Below, in pieces: positions 21,603-31,424 of a stretch of DNA of 64,000 bases. Position 1 is the first letter of the stretch. Each line of letters opens with the position of its first letter. The stretch is from a virus, in the IMG/VR virus record IMGVR_UViG_3300028423_000861, positions 1 to 64,000 of that record; one strand, given 5' to 3'. Under the pieces are notes generated by a model. The model saw nothing but the letters and a program-made list of their open reading frames with translations. It had not been told where the DNA came from and searched no databases. The translations under genes were made by a program, and so were the position numbers.

Positions 21603-22510
21603 TTATTTGCCATTGTCAATGTTTTCATGTAATTTGACAGCAGTTTCTAGCTCTCCAAACGCATCCTTGATCATTTTATGATTATTGCAAAGATCTTTAA
21701 ATTCAGAATCATTTTTGAGATATTTTAAAATACGCTGAGTGCCAGTCATAGGTTGAAATTTATAGATGTTCGAGGATTGATTATAAAGTTGATAATTTTC
21801 ATCATAAACTTCAATTTCCTTCGTTCCAGTAATCATGTCGAGTTCAATCCAACGCATCTTGGCTTTTGTGAGGCTTTTGTGATTAAGGGAGTCGCGTGGT
21901 CTGTCGAAACCTCGCTCACCGCATAATTTGCATTTTGTCCAATATACATCATGATATTCAGTTCTTTGAGTGTCTGTATATGTTGTGTTAAACCCACAAT
22001 CATAAGCAACATTTTTCCAGTCATGTTTGCACTTTTTTTCTTTACTGAACAACCCAAGCATTATTTTTTATCCTGTGATTGATTGTTCAGATGTAGCTTA
22101 ACAGCCACTTCCAATTGGCCAAGAGCGTCTTCGACCATCTTGTGTTTTAATAGCTCTGACATTTCGTCATCTTTCTTGAAGGCTTTAGCCCATTCCTCGA
22201 ATCCACGTAGCGGAGCATACTCAGGATCTACATATGTGATTTCTTTTGGATCTTTTGGTGAACGGATATAACTCGCATGTATCCATTTACTCCTCAGCTT
22301 TGCAACCGTGGTATTTCCTTCTTTTGCATAGCTGCGGCCCCCCTCTGTTGGATCATCATATTCCATCCGACGCTCACCACAACAAGAACAGACTTGATAT
22401 AGAAGTATGTGAGAAAAACTTGTTTGGGGATCTCGTTTGTAATACCACTCAATACCAGAATCAATTGCAACTGTGTGCCATTTGTGTTTGCATTTAAAAA
22501 GACTAAACAT
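21603..22510 (-). CDS. Two tandem paralogs (21603-22061, 22061-22510) with CKHxW and CxxCGER motifs
   Basis: KCKHDW/KCKHKW, CKLCGER/CSCCGER, DAFGELETAVKLH/DALGQLEVAVKLH. Confidence 0.7.
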
Positions 22511-22643
22511 ATCTATATATCGGATCCTTATTATAATCTGGTGACATTTTAAACATAATGAATGGTTCGCTGATATAATGATAGATAAAATTATTACAAC
22601 GAGAATTTCCATTAAAACAGAATAGCATGTTTTGATATGGTGT

Positions 22644-22673
22644 CAAGAGGAGGGCGGTTCCACCCTCCTCTTG
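22644..22673. terminator. Intrinsic terminator-like hairpin after nampt
   Basis: CAAGAGGAGGG/CCCTCCTCTTG 11-bp stem; overlaps the TTGACA box of the next promoter. Confidence 0.75.
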
Positions 22674-22677
22674 TTTG

Positions 22678-24072
22678 TTATGAACGTGCTCTAGTAACTA
22701 CATCCTGCCAGTCTGGTTGTGAAAGAACTTTACCATTCTCGAACACAGTTTCCAGACGATTCACACCAGGATAACGCATGTCGCCCTTGAGTTCATCCTC
22801 ACGGATAGTTTCAAATTCTCCATCCTTTTTAACAAGGGCTAGTCGACCACGTTTACTACGCTTTCCTGAATCAGTAACAGGATCTTTATAAACATCTTGC
22901 CATTCTCCATTAATCTGGATAGCAGAACATTTCATTGCAAATCCCATGGTATCACGGTCACTTGCCTGTAATAGAGCACCTCCCATTCCAAATGCAATAT
23001 TACTAATCGAGTAACCTTCATCAACCAGGTTGTTCATGATTTCTACAACACTGTCATGATTGATACCATCACCCTGAATAACACGGACATTATTTAGAAC
23101 ACGATATCCTTTTGTATTGAGTGTGCTACCGAATGCTTTGTCCAGTCTTTTTACAACTTTAACCGGGACAGTGGTTGGATCGCCACTATCGGGTCTCACA
23201 ACCAGCATGGCATCCATTTTTTCCACTCGATCGCGTAGCTCTTTGCCCCAGAGGTTTTCGGTTGCATTCCAGATATCATAACTGTCACTCACACAAGCCA
23301 AAAGCATCCCGCCACCAAATTGGTCAATCATGTTCTCAAATGCACGGACCTCATTTTCACGACCCCAGCTAGTAATAGTGGAGTGTTCGCTTGCTGGAAT
23401 ACTTGCGGCAGTGCCTTGTGCAGGTGCATCGTAGTATTTCATAGCATACATCAATGCAGTGCCTGTATCGGTGCCCATGAAATTAACCAGATGTGCTGCA
23501 CCCCCGATCGAGGAGCTCTCAGAGCTACTGACACCCCTTGCACCGAAATCATGCAGTTTGAATGCAATTTCAGCATCTGCATCATCTGCGGTTTCTTTAA
23601 GACGCTGGTAGATCTTGTCGCGAATCGTGCCGCTGAGTGACGCGACGGTAGTAGGATACCATACACGCATGAGTTTTGTTTCAACCCAAGTAGTAAGCCA
23701 AAAGAATTCTGGATCAGTGTTTACCACTTGAACTAGCACGTTACCGTGTTTCATGCGAGTTCCCTCGGGCGCTGCCTGGATTCGGAGCGGTAGTCGCCCC
23801 TCATGCTTTTCCACAATCCTCATCCAACCCTTTCGGTTGAACGGCAGACCCTGAGCAGTCCAAATCTTATCGGCATAATCAACATCTTCCGCAGTGATAG
23901 GAGTTGCCAGCTCTTCTAATATTTGTTGCAAGCCAAAGAATGTAACCTGCTTCCAAGGGTTCTTTCTAGCTTCTACATAACTTGACACATATTCTGTGCC
24001 GGGTGGGTATTGCTTCCACATACTCACTTTGTATGAGTCTGTATCTAGTAGAATTGAATTGTATTTTGTCAT
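22678..24072 (-). CDS. nadV: Nicotinamide phosphoribosyltransferase (Nampt)
   Basis: TDSYK, WYPTTVA, LHDFGARG, PASEHS, VSDSYD, VRPDSGDP, VIQGDG, AFGMGG. Confidence 0.97.
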   Translation of the reverse strand: MTKYNSILLDTDSYKVSMWKQYPPGTEYVSSYVEARKNPWKQVTFFGLQQILEELATPITAEDVDYADKIWTAQGLPFNRKGWMRIVEKHEGRLPLRIQAAPEGTRMKHGNVLVQVVNTDPEFFWLTTWVETKLMRVWYPTTVASLSGTIRDKIYQRLKETADDADAEIAFKLHDFGARGVSSSESSSIGGAAHLVNFMGTDTGTALMYAMKYYDAPAQGTAASIPASEHSTITSWGRENEVRAFENMIDQFGGGMLLACVSDSYDIWNATENLWGKELRDRVEKMDAMLVVRPDSGDPTTVPVKVVKRLDKAFGSTLNTKGYRVLNNVRVIQGDGINHDSVVEIMNNLVDEGYSISNIAFGMGGALLQASDRDTMGFAMKCSAIQINGEWQDVYKDPVTDSGKRSKRGRLALVKKDGEFETIREDELKGDMRYPGVNRLETVFENGKVLSQPDWQDVVTRARS

Positions 24073-24091
24073 AACTAATCTCCTTAGTTTT
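24069..24091 (-). promoter_or_regulatory. SD-in-loop hairpin upstream of nampt
   Basis: AACUAA-GGAGA-UUAGUU-AUG; 23 nt identical to 31021-31043. Confidence 0.75.
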
Positions 24092-24616
24092 TGTGTTTGC
24101 GGTCATTCGTTCTCCACGACGCCGCATCCGTGGTTTTTTCTAATTGTTTCGACCACGAATCCTTTAAGCTTAATTCTCTCATTAAGCAATTCTATTTTAT
24201 CGACTGGAGTTTGATCGATAAGTTCGTTCAAATGATCAACAACTTCTAACATAGGATCATACATGCATTCTTCACAGGGGTATTGTTGATGAGTCTCTCC
24301 AGAAATTACTGGACAATCATCATCAAAATACTTGCATCCATGATAAACACAACAATGTGATGCATGAACCCCTGTTTGATTTGCCTTTTCAAAGACCATT
24401 AATCATCTCTATCGATTACGTTTATACATTTTTCCTGCCAGTCTTGAACATCTCCCGTGTCCGGACCAAAAATTGCTCCGAAACTAAGTCCAACAGTTTC
24501 ATCTAACATTAAGTTATCGCCATCCTGAACTTTGAGTTGTCCGGTATATTCATCAATACGTGTGACTGTGCACAGGTATTTGCCGTCAAGAGTTGCCTCC
24601 CAAATATTGTCGGACA

Positions 24617-25669
24617 TCAGAGCATCTCCATAATAATTGAATAGTGGTCCTCGAAAAGCAATTGTGGATTTTCTTTCACAAAGCTGATCGGATACCATGC
24701 AGCGTCGATCGCATCGTCTCCGCCTTTTACTCGAAAAAGTGATTTCCCATCAGGGAATTTGAATCTAAACGCTGTTGTAAGAGTAAACCCTCTGACAGAA
24801 CGACTCGGATCATCAAATCTTCGCTCTTCACCCGTGTAAAAACCGCGAAGCTTACCACGTGGAATTCGACCTCTTTCATCCTGGATGCCTGCTTCTTCCC
24901 AGAGTTCATAGAGAACGTTTTCGAAACTGTCTCCTTTGTGAGGATCAACAAAACCACCAGGTAAAGCCAACTGTCCCTTACCTGGGAATCCGCCCCGTGT
25001 AACAAGAAGAATGTGACCCATTTGGGTGCAAACAGCGTCACACGTAATGAACGTAGGTGGGAACGGGCTGTTCGCCCAGCTTTCTTTATATGCATCCATC
25101 CATTCTTTTTCTTCCAAAACATAACGGAATTCTTCTTTTTCATAGAATTCCACGAGGTATTCTAGGACTGGCTCAGGAACCAATCTAACCGGAAAGTGCG
25201 GAGCTCTCTGGAAATAATTTTCACGAATTTCAGTCGCGCTAAGAGTAGCGAACCCTCGCTCCATCATGATTTGTTCGGCATTCGGGAAAAGATCTAGGTA
25301 ATAGCTACTGGCATCTTTCTTGTATCCAATGATACCAAGAGTGTCATCTTTTGACAAGTGTTTGTCAACGGCTGCATAGACATTGCCGAGCCATTCATCG
25401 TCATTTCCAGGAACATCGGGCAACGGTTCAACGTATACACGAGAGATATCACCGTCTCGTGCATTGTGATCGTGTCGGAATGCTTCCTCGATCATGCGCT
25501 CACGTTCTTCGAATGTCCAGGGATTTTTGAATGAGCGAGCTTTATTGCTCCCTCCGACTAGGACGACCACTCGTTCAGCGTGTTCAAGTCCAAAGTCAAT
25601 TAAGTGTTTGTGTCCCATATGAAATGGCTGGAACCGGCCGATCAGAAAGGCTGTGCTTACCTTTGTCAT
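24617..25669 (-). CDS. nadM: Bifunctional NMN adenylyltransferase / Nudix ADP-ribose pyrophosphatase (NadM-Nudix)
   Basis: GRFQPFHMGH, KNPWTFEER, SATEIR, LALPGGFV, ELWEEAG, GGDDA, FEDHY. Confidence 0.95.
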   Translation of the reverse strand: MTKVSTAFLIGRFQPFHMGHKHLIDFGLEHAERVVVLVGGSNKARSFKNPWTFEERERMIEEAFRHDHNARDGDISRVYVEPLPDVPGNDDEWLGNVYAAVDKHLSKDDTLGIIGYKKDASSYYLDLFPNAEQIMMERGFATLSATEIRENYFQRAPHFPVRLVPEPVLEYLVEFYEKEEFRYVLEEKEWMDAYKESWANSPFPPTFITCDAVCTQMGHILLVTRGGFPGKGQLALPGGFVDPHKGDSFENVLYELWEEAGIQDERGRIPRGKLRGFYTGEERRFDDPSRSVRGFTLTTAFRFKFPDGKSLFRVKGGDDAIDAAWYPISFVKENPQLLFEDHYSIIMEML

Positions 25670-25712
25670 AACAAACTCCTTGTTATCTATATCTTGCAAA
25701 CTCTCCGCTTGC
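25668..25712 (-). promoter_or_regulatory. Tandem GGAG(A/U)-loop hairpins upstream of nadM-nudix
   Basis: GCAAGC-GGAGA-GUUUGC and AUAACAA-GGAGU-UUGUUAU(G), the second covering SD and start codon. Confidence 0.7.
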
Positions 25713-25838
25713 GTCCTTATTTATCATACTACATTATTGATTCAGTTTAGTCATTACGAATTTTTCACCCATAACGTCTTGGATATTCTTTCGGGTTCTT
25801 TGCCAGGAATCCAAATAGAACGATTTCGAAAACAGACA

Positions 25839-28806
25839 TTAAAATCCAACACTTACCGGGCCGCGATGTGAAACATAATATCCAAGATCATCAACCGTGT
25901 TAAAAGAAGTCAATCCGCTTTGGAATGCACCCATTTTGAACATCACGAGTATTTCGGATATTTGTTCTTTTAACCACATCATTTCACCACGCTTTAAGCC
26001 CTGGCGGCCTCGAAAACGAACATCCACTGCCCCGGTCCGAGAAACCCTCGCAACAACAGCACAATGATCTTTATCAGTAGGAGTATACCAATTGATATCA
26101 TCTCCAAAGCTGATTTCATAAATTGTATGTGTTTTGATACGGTTTTCTTCGTCTTGTTTCAATTCTCGCACAAAGACATCACCATTGGCGATTGATCTTT
26201 CGATAATAGGACGCAAGATTTTAGTTTGTCGTCCTTTTTTCTTCCCCATCATACATTCCCATCTTGAACATTACTGTATATTCAGAACTGATATCAGCAA
26301 TATGTTTGCTGGCTTCATCGGTTATATCTTCTGTTTTAAGATTAATTCTCATACGATTATTAAGAACACGATCACTTGTGTTGTAGATAATCCAATCAAG
26401 TCTCCAGTATTCAATTTCTGCAAATCTAACAAAATAGGAATAATACGCTCCCCTGTCAGAAATCAGAACCTTGTTGTCCTGAAAAGATTTCTTGATTGCC
26501 CGCGCCACCGATTGAGAACGAACACCTGTATGATCATAACTTTGCATATCAAATCGTCATCTTGTGCATTACCCAGAGCTCGTGACTGAGTTTATTAACA
26601 TAACCAATAGAGGTATGGCTCATAGGAACACTTCTTAAATTCCATTGTGAGAACCCATCTATTACACAGTCTTTTCTGGTTACGTGACTATTTACATCTG
26701 TAGCTACGAACCATTCAGTCCAAATGTTTCCATCATCACGACAATGCCAATATAGATCTGCTCCATATTTACTAAACATATCATTAACAAAAAATCCGAT
26801 AACGCCTGTGTATGTTCTTACATCATGCTCGGGACCCAGTTCTATTTGTCCATGATTAAACACTTGCAACTTGTCTGAATTCTGAAGAACCCTGTTTAGG
26901 AACATGCGATCATAACGAATGTCTTCGATAAATTTAATCATTGCCAAGCTTTTGCATTATCTGATATTCACTCAGGGTTTTAACCAGCCACTTATGAGTT
27001 TTAAAACTCACTGTAACTGCTACACCGCCGTGGACTATGATAGTATGAGGTCTATAATTAATCTTGTTGGGTGTAAAAATAATTCTTGCAATTTCTTCAG
27101 TTCTTAGAAATTGGGTATCAGCATACGGAACAACTCTGTCAACCAATGCCATCCATCGATTGTCATCAAGCCGATAAAAATCGATAGTATTATCTTTCAT
27201 GGCACGATTAACAGCACAGCGGACAAAACTGTCAGTGTCTTTGAAATCGTTTATAGTGGATTGTTGGTATGGGTTGTCTTGATTCATATTGAAGTTACAG
27301 ACATGTCATCGTTATCGTCATGGACAAATTTACCCTCGAGCTTGGCCATGGTAAGAATTTGCTCAGTATAAGGACGAAAACGATTCTTGAGAGCTTGAGA
27401 TTTCACCTTGCGCACACTGGCTGGGCTGCTACGCTGATGGAAATCGCGAGCAAGATCACCATCTTTGTCGATTGTAAAACCGTAACAACGACCCAAGCCG
27501 TCACGAAATTCAACCATGAGCTGTGATGATCCAGATGACCAATCAGTGTAAATTTCGGTATCATAGGAATTATCATCCCAAGCTTTTAAAAATGCCTGAT
27601 ACATGTGGTTTCTTTGTTGATGATACCCTTTGATCACCAGAACCCATATGGTTGCATATACTGCAAAAACAAGACCAAGCAAAACTAGTAGTGTAGTAAA
27701 CATTAAATCATCCTCAAATTTTCCCGTTCTTCAGGAGTTTTATATAGGTGTCTATCGTGCATAAAATATCCATCTTCTGGACATCTTTTATCATAATGGA
27801 AATTCATAATGTCTCGAAAATGATATCGAAACGGGTCGCCTTCTTCATAATTATAACCATCGGTGATAAGGCTGTCACCGCTGATTTTAGCCATTACATA
27901 TCGTTCATTTAGAACTTCCTGCAAATCATGGTATGACTTGTCTTTGTTAAGTAGGTAAGGACAGATGGTATCACGGAGATACCCAGTGTAGCTGTCGGGG
28001 AGAAACCACACATACATATAATACCAATTAAATTTAGGATTGGATTTTGGATTGTTTATGTTTCGGAAAAGCAGTATAAATTTTTTATTTTCGGGTTTGT
28101 TCATACCACTGTGGTATCGAAATCCATCTGACATGTTTTCTAGAAAGACATTATCCGACTCTACTTGTCGGATAATGTCGCTCATATTAATTGTAGCCAT
28201 GTTCTTGCGTGTCATTTGCTACCCTTCTTGGGATCGAAAACAAACGTCTGTAAAAATACTTTACCCATTTGCTAATTTCCACAGCGTATATGTCTCATCT
28301 GAAATTTTCATAATTCGTTTTCTTTGTTTACGAGACATGGGATAATGTTCAGTGTCGTTGATTAACATATAACAAGACTCGAATTTTTGACTAACAGGAT
28401 CATATAACCATTCAATATGATCAAATTGAAATTTGTAAGTATTGTTTTTTAGGTGTTTGAGAATTTCATCTTTGGGTTCTGTGCCAAGATATTTACAATG
28501 TTCAAAATTCAATTCAGCTGTCTTGGATTGAACCTCTTGCAAAGATAATTTCAATGCACTCATATGAGATTTCAAACTGTCTGGAGGTAAATACTTTTTC
28601 TTTTCATTGAGCATTTTCGCTCTGGTTAATTTTATAATATTGACATTTTGATGGTTATTAACAACACTGTCAACAATATTTTTTGTTTTGAACCGTCTAA
28701 AGATCTGTTTAAATAACCAGAGAAATTCTTTGGAATCGAGTAACACAGCAAGACTGAAGGACACGCCAGCCACTATAAGGCTGGCGATCAAAAAATCAAG
28801 TATCAA
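25839..28806 (-). CDS. Run of seven hypothetical ORFs of the MxKL family
   Basis: 25839, 26221, 26549, 26934, 27284, 27703 and 28261 carry SEILVMFKM, SEYTVMFKM, HELWVMHKM, SEYQIMQKL, EQILTMAKL, NERYVMAKI, DETYTLWKL. Confidence 0.7.
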
Positions 28807-29282
28807 GGTTGTTGTTCCACGTTGAACACGAACGTGCCTCGCTCCTTCCACATACGAACAACACGGTCACGGTCTTCGAACACCATACTGATCGGCTTGT
28901 TGTATTTTTTCTCGAGACGATCAGCATGAAGACGTTTTTGTTCTACATCCGGCGTGTGCTGGTCACCTTGCTTGAGAAGAAGTTCGTCAGGCAGTGGCAG
29001 ACCATTACGCTGGAACCAATCCACAGTCATGTCATACACTGCATGATCACGCCCGCTGAGAACAACCACAGTCACATCTGGGTCATTTACAAATTTGTGG
29101 TAAAAGTATGCGACTTCGTCAATCAGTCCGTCATCCACACATGCAGCATGGAACAGGTCAAAACGGCGCTTGACCTTTTTACCTGTCTCAGGATCAACAG
29201 CCGGATCTGGCCGGATATGATGCATACGATGACGCACGTCAGCCAGCGTTCCGTCAAGATCAAAAATCACAAGCATGATCAT
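28803..29282 (-). CDS. HAD phosphatase, PNK 3'-phosphatase-like (T4 PseT C-terminal half)
   Basis: FDLDGTLAD, LSGR, DVEQK, FEDRDRVVRMW. Confidence 0.88.
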   Translation of the reverse strand: MIMLVIFDLDGTLADVRHRMHHIRPDPAVDPETGKKVKRRFDLFHAACVDDGLIDEVAYFYHKFVNDPDVTVVVLSGRDHAVYDMTVDWFQRNGLPLPDELLLKQGDQHTPDVEQKRLHADRLEKKYNKPISMVFEDRDRVVRMWKERGTFVFNVEQQP

Positions 29283-29315
29283 CTCCTCTATTACACTTAC
29301 ACTATAACCGATGTG

Positions 29316-30392
29316 TCATGCCGTGTCAAGAAGACTTTCAATGCTGTGATCTTTTTGAGTTCCAAGCATGTGATCAATTGCAATACTTACTTGATCAACG
29401 CGACGTTTACGATTAGTCTCGGTGATCACGACCTGTTCTGAATTAAACAATGGTTGATTGATAAATTTGGTATTTTGCAATATCTTGCCATAAAATTCCA
29501 TTCTTTCCGTATATGATGACATCACTCTTGATCCATCATCAACCCATTCCAGAAGGGGAGGAACGTATACCCAGAGATCAAAAAACTGTGTATACATTGC
29601 CATATCGGGTCCTAGCTCTTTGATATCTTTATTAATATAATACTGTGCATAGAGCCACGTCGTGATCATTTCAGTATCAACGAAAACTAGACCTGTCTCG
29701 GTTTCTTCAGTGGCTTTTTTGATCATAAAGTTGTGGCGGTAAGCGATTTTGAAAAAATCATCTTGCGATAAATTATTCAACTGGGCTTCGCTGAGAACAC
29801 GTCCATATTCATAAACTGCCGGGCTATTGAAAGTCCTAGCAAGGTCACTGACAAGTGTGGTTTTGCCAGAACTCTCAGGACCAACTACCACTACCTTTTT
29901 GGCCCAAAGTGGACGCATTTCTTTACTGATATATTTCCAGTTTTCAAGAGGGTTTTCACGTATCTGTGTCCCGCTGATGTCAAATAGCTCACGATTTGGA
30001 TCTACCGGGAACCATTCGATTCCCAGGCGTTTTGCCATTTCTTGACCATACATATCGGACGACACAACATAATCTGCATTGGGAGCATATTTTTTAAACA
30101 CACTAACCCAATAATCCCAGAAATCTTCATCCAGTGCAGTCCCGTTCTCATCGTATGCACGGGCTGGGCCATATCTATCACCATGATGTAGAAAAGTGAT
30201 ATTGTCATGATTGGCATACTTCTTTGCTATAGTCCGAAAATGGTCTGGACTAGACATGACAAAATGATCATCAGCACTCACAATGACTACGAGTTGATCT
30301 AGTTCATGTGCAGCCATTTCGATCATGAGTTCATGCCCCTTGTGTAGGGGCATGAATTTTCCAATTGTTATTCCGACAGTTTTCTTGACCAT
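29316..30392 (-). CDS. nadR: NadR-type NMN adenylyltransferase / ribosylnicotinamide kinase (no HTH)
   Basis: GKFMPLHKGH, ISGTQIRENP..W, GPESSGKTTL, EYGR, WVDDGSR. Confidence 0.93.
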   Translation of the reverse strand: MVKKTVGITIGKFMPLHKGHELMIEMAAHELDQLVVIVSADDHFVMSSPDHFRTIAKKYANHDNITFLHHGDRYGPARAYDENGTALDEDFWDYWVSVFKKYAPNADYVVSSDMYGQEMAKRLGIEWFPVDPNRELFDISGTQIRENPLENWKYISKEMRPLWAKKVVVVGPESSGKTTLVSDLARTFNSPAVYEYGRVLSEAQLNNLSQDDFFKIAYRHNFMIKKATEETETGLVFVDTEMITTWLYAQYYINKDIKELGPDMAMYTQFFDLWVYVPPLLEWVDDGSRVMSSYTERMEFYGKILQNTKFINQPLFNSEQVVITETNRKRRVDQVSIAIDHMLGTQKDHSIESLLDTA

Positions 30393-31024
30393 TACACGAT
30401 CTCCAGTGCTGGTTCAGATTCTTGTTTTGCATAATCACGATACCACGCGATTCCGCCGATGGTAGCAAGAACTAGGAATAAGACATATAGACCGCTTGTA
30501 ACAACCAGTCCTTTTGCATAGTATACTCCGATAGCAATCACATCCATGGTGACCCAGAGAACCCAGCTTTCACGATATTTCGCAATCATGAGCAATTGTG
30601 CAGCAATACTCATCCAAGTAGTCAGAGCATCTATATAAGGGAAACTAGCACCCACAGTGTAGTTCGCTACAAGATAGCCGTTTACACCGGCGGCGCCGAG
30701 TATACCCAGACCGATTAGTAGAAATTGAACCACAGTAAGTGATCTCACAACGCTGTCGTTCTCAGCTTGTCGCGCGGCCCTACGCCACATGACAAAGCCG
30801 ATTAGCTGCATGGGTAGATAGAACAGGATTTGCAATCCTGCATCTGAATAAAGTCCGAATTGAAAGAAAAGATATCCGAAAAGAATGACACCTAGAGCGC
30901 CAAAAAACCACGTCCAAATATTGTGCCTTATAGCAAGGTAGACGCAGATTGCGGAAAAAATGGTCCCAAATAATTCAACTTTGCCTAGGGGACCCGCAAA
31001 GTATGCGAGAATTGTCTCGATCAT
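30392..31024 (-). CDS. pnuC: Nicotinamide riboside transporter
   Basis: Multi-TM; LYSDAGLQ, PYIDALTT.MSI.AQLL, ESWVLW..MDV; adjacent to nadR. Confidence 0.95.
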   Translation of the reverse strand: MIETILAYFAGPLGKVELFGTIFSAICVYLAIRHNIWTWFFGALGVILFGYLFFQFGLYSDAGLQILFYLPMQLIGFVMWRRAARQAENDSVVRSLTVVQFLLIGLGILGAAGVNGYLVANYTVGASFPYIDALTTWMSIAAQLLMIAKYRESWVLWVTMDVIAIGVYYAKGLVVTSGLYVLFLVLATIGGIAWYRDYAKQESEPALEIV

Positions 31025-31070
31025 AACTAATCTCCTTAGTTTTGTATAACGCTAGAACTCCTCTAGCGTC
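31021..31070 (-). promoter_or_regulatory. Tandem GGAG(A/U)-loop hairpins upstream of pnuC-nadR
   Basis: GACGCUAGA-GGAGU-UCUAGCGUU and AACUAA-GGAGA-UUAGUU-AUG. Confidence 0.75.
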
Positions 31071-31121
31071 AATATTTAGTCTATGTTTGTATGTCTGTCT
31101 TGTCAAATTGTTCTTAGAAAA

Positions 31122-31148
31122 ATGTCGGCATGATAATCATGCCGACAT
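31122..31148. terminator. Perfect inverted repeat / terminator
   Basis: ATGTCGGCATGAT-A-ATCATGCCGACAT, with a T-run downstream on the minus strand. Confidence 0.75.
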
Positions 31149-31157
31149 CAAAAGTTG

Positions 31158-31424
31158 TTAGTCGGATTCAACTGCACCGGTTTTTGGAAAGCATTGCATT
31201 CCAGCCGGATGTGTCTGTCCCCAAGCCATAACACAAGTCATACCTTGTGCTGTTACTGGCGTCCATTCATAAACACGAACATCGAGACCTTTGGTTTCAA
31301 CTCGATAAGCCGCATCGGGTTCTTTGGGTTCAAGACCGGCATTTTTGCTCCAGGTCCAGAGATCAGCATGTGCTGCGGTTGCCATGAAAATAACAGCAAC
31401 GGCAATAATTGAGAGTAGTTTCAT
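31158..31424 (-). CDS. Small secreted protein
   Basis: Signal peptide MKLLSIIAVAVIFMATAAHA; paired cysteines. Confidence 0.7.
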   Translation of the reverse strand: MKLLSIIAVAVIFMATAAHADLWTWSKNAGLEPKEPDAAYRVETKGLDVRVYEWTPVTAQGMTCVMAWGQTHPAGMQCFPKTGAVESD

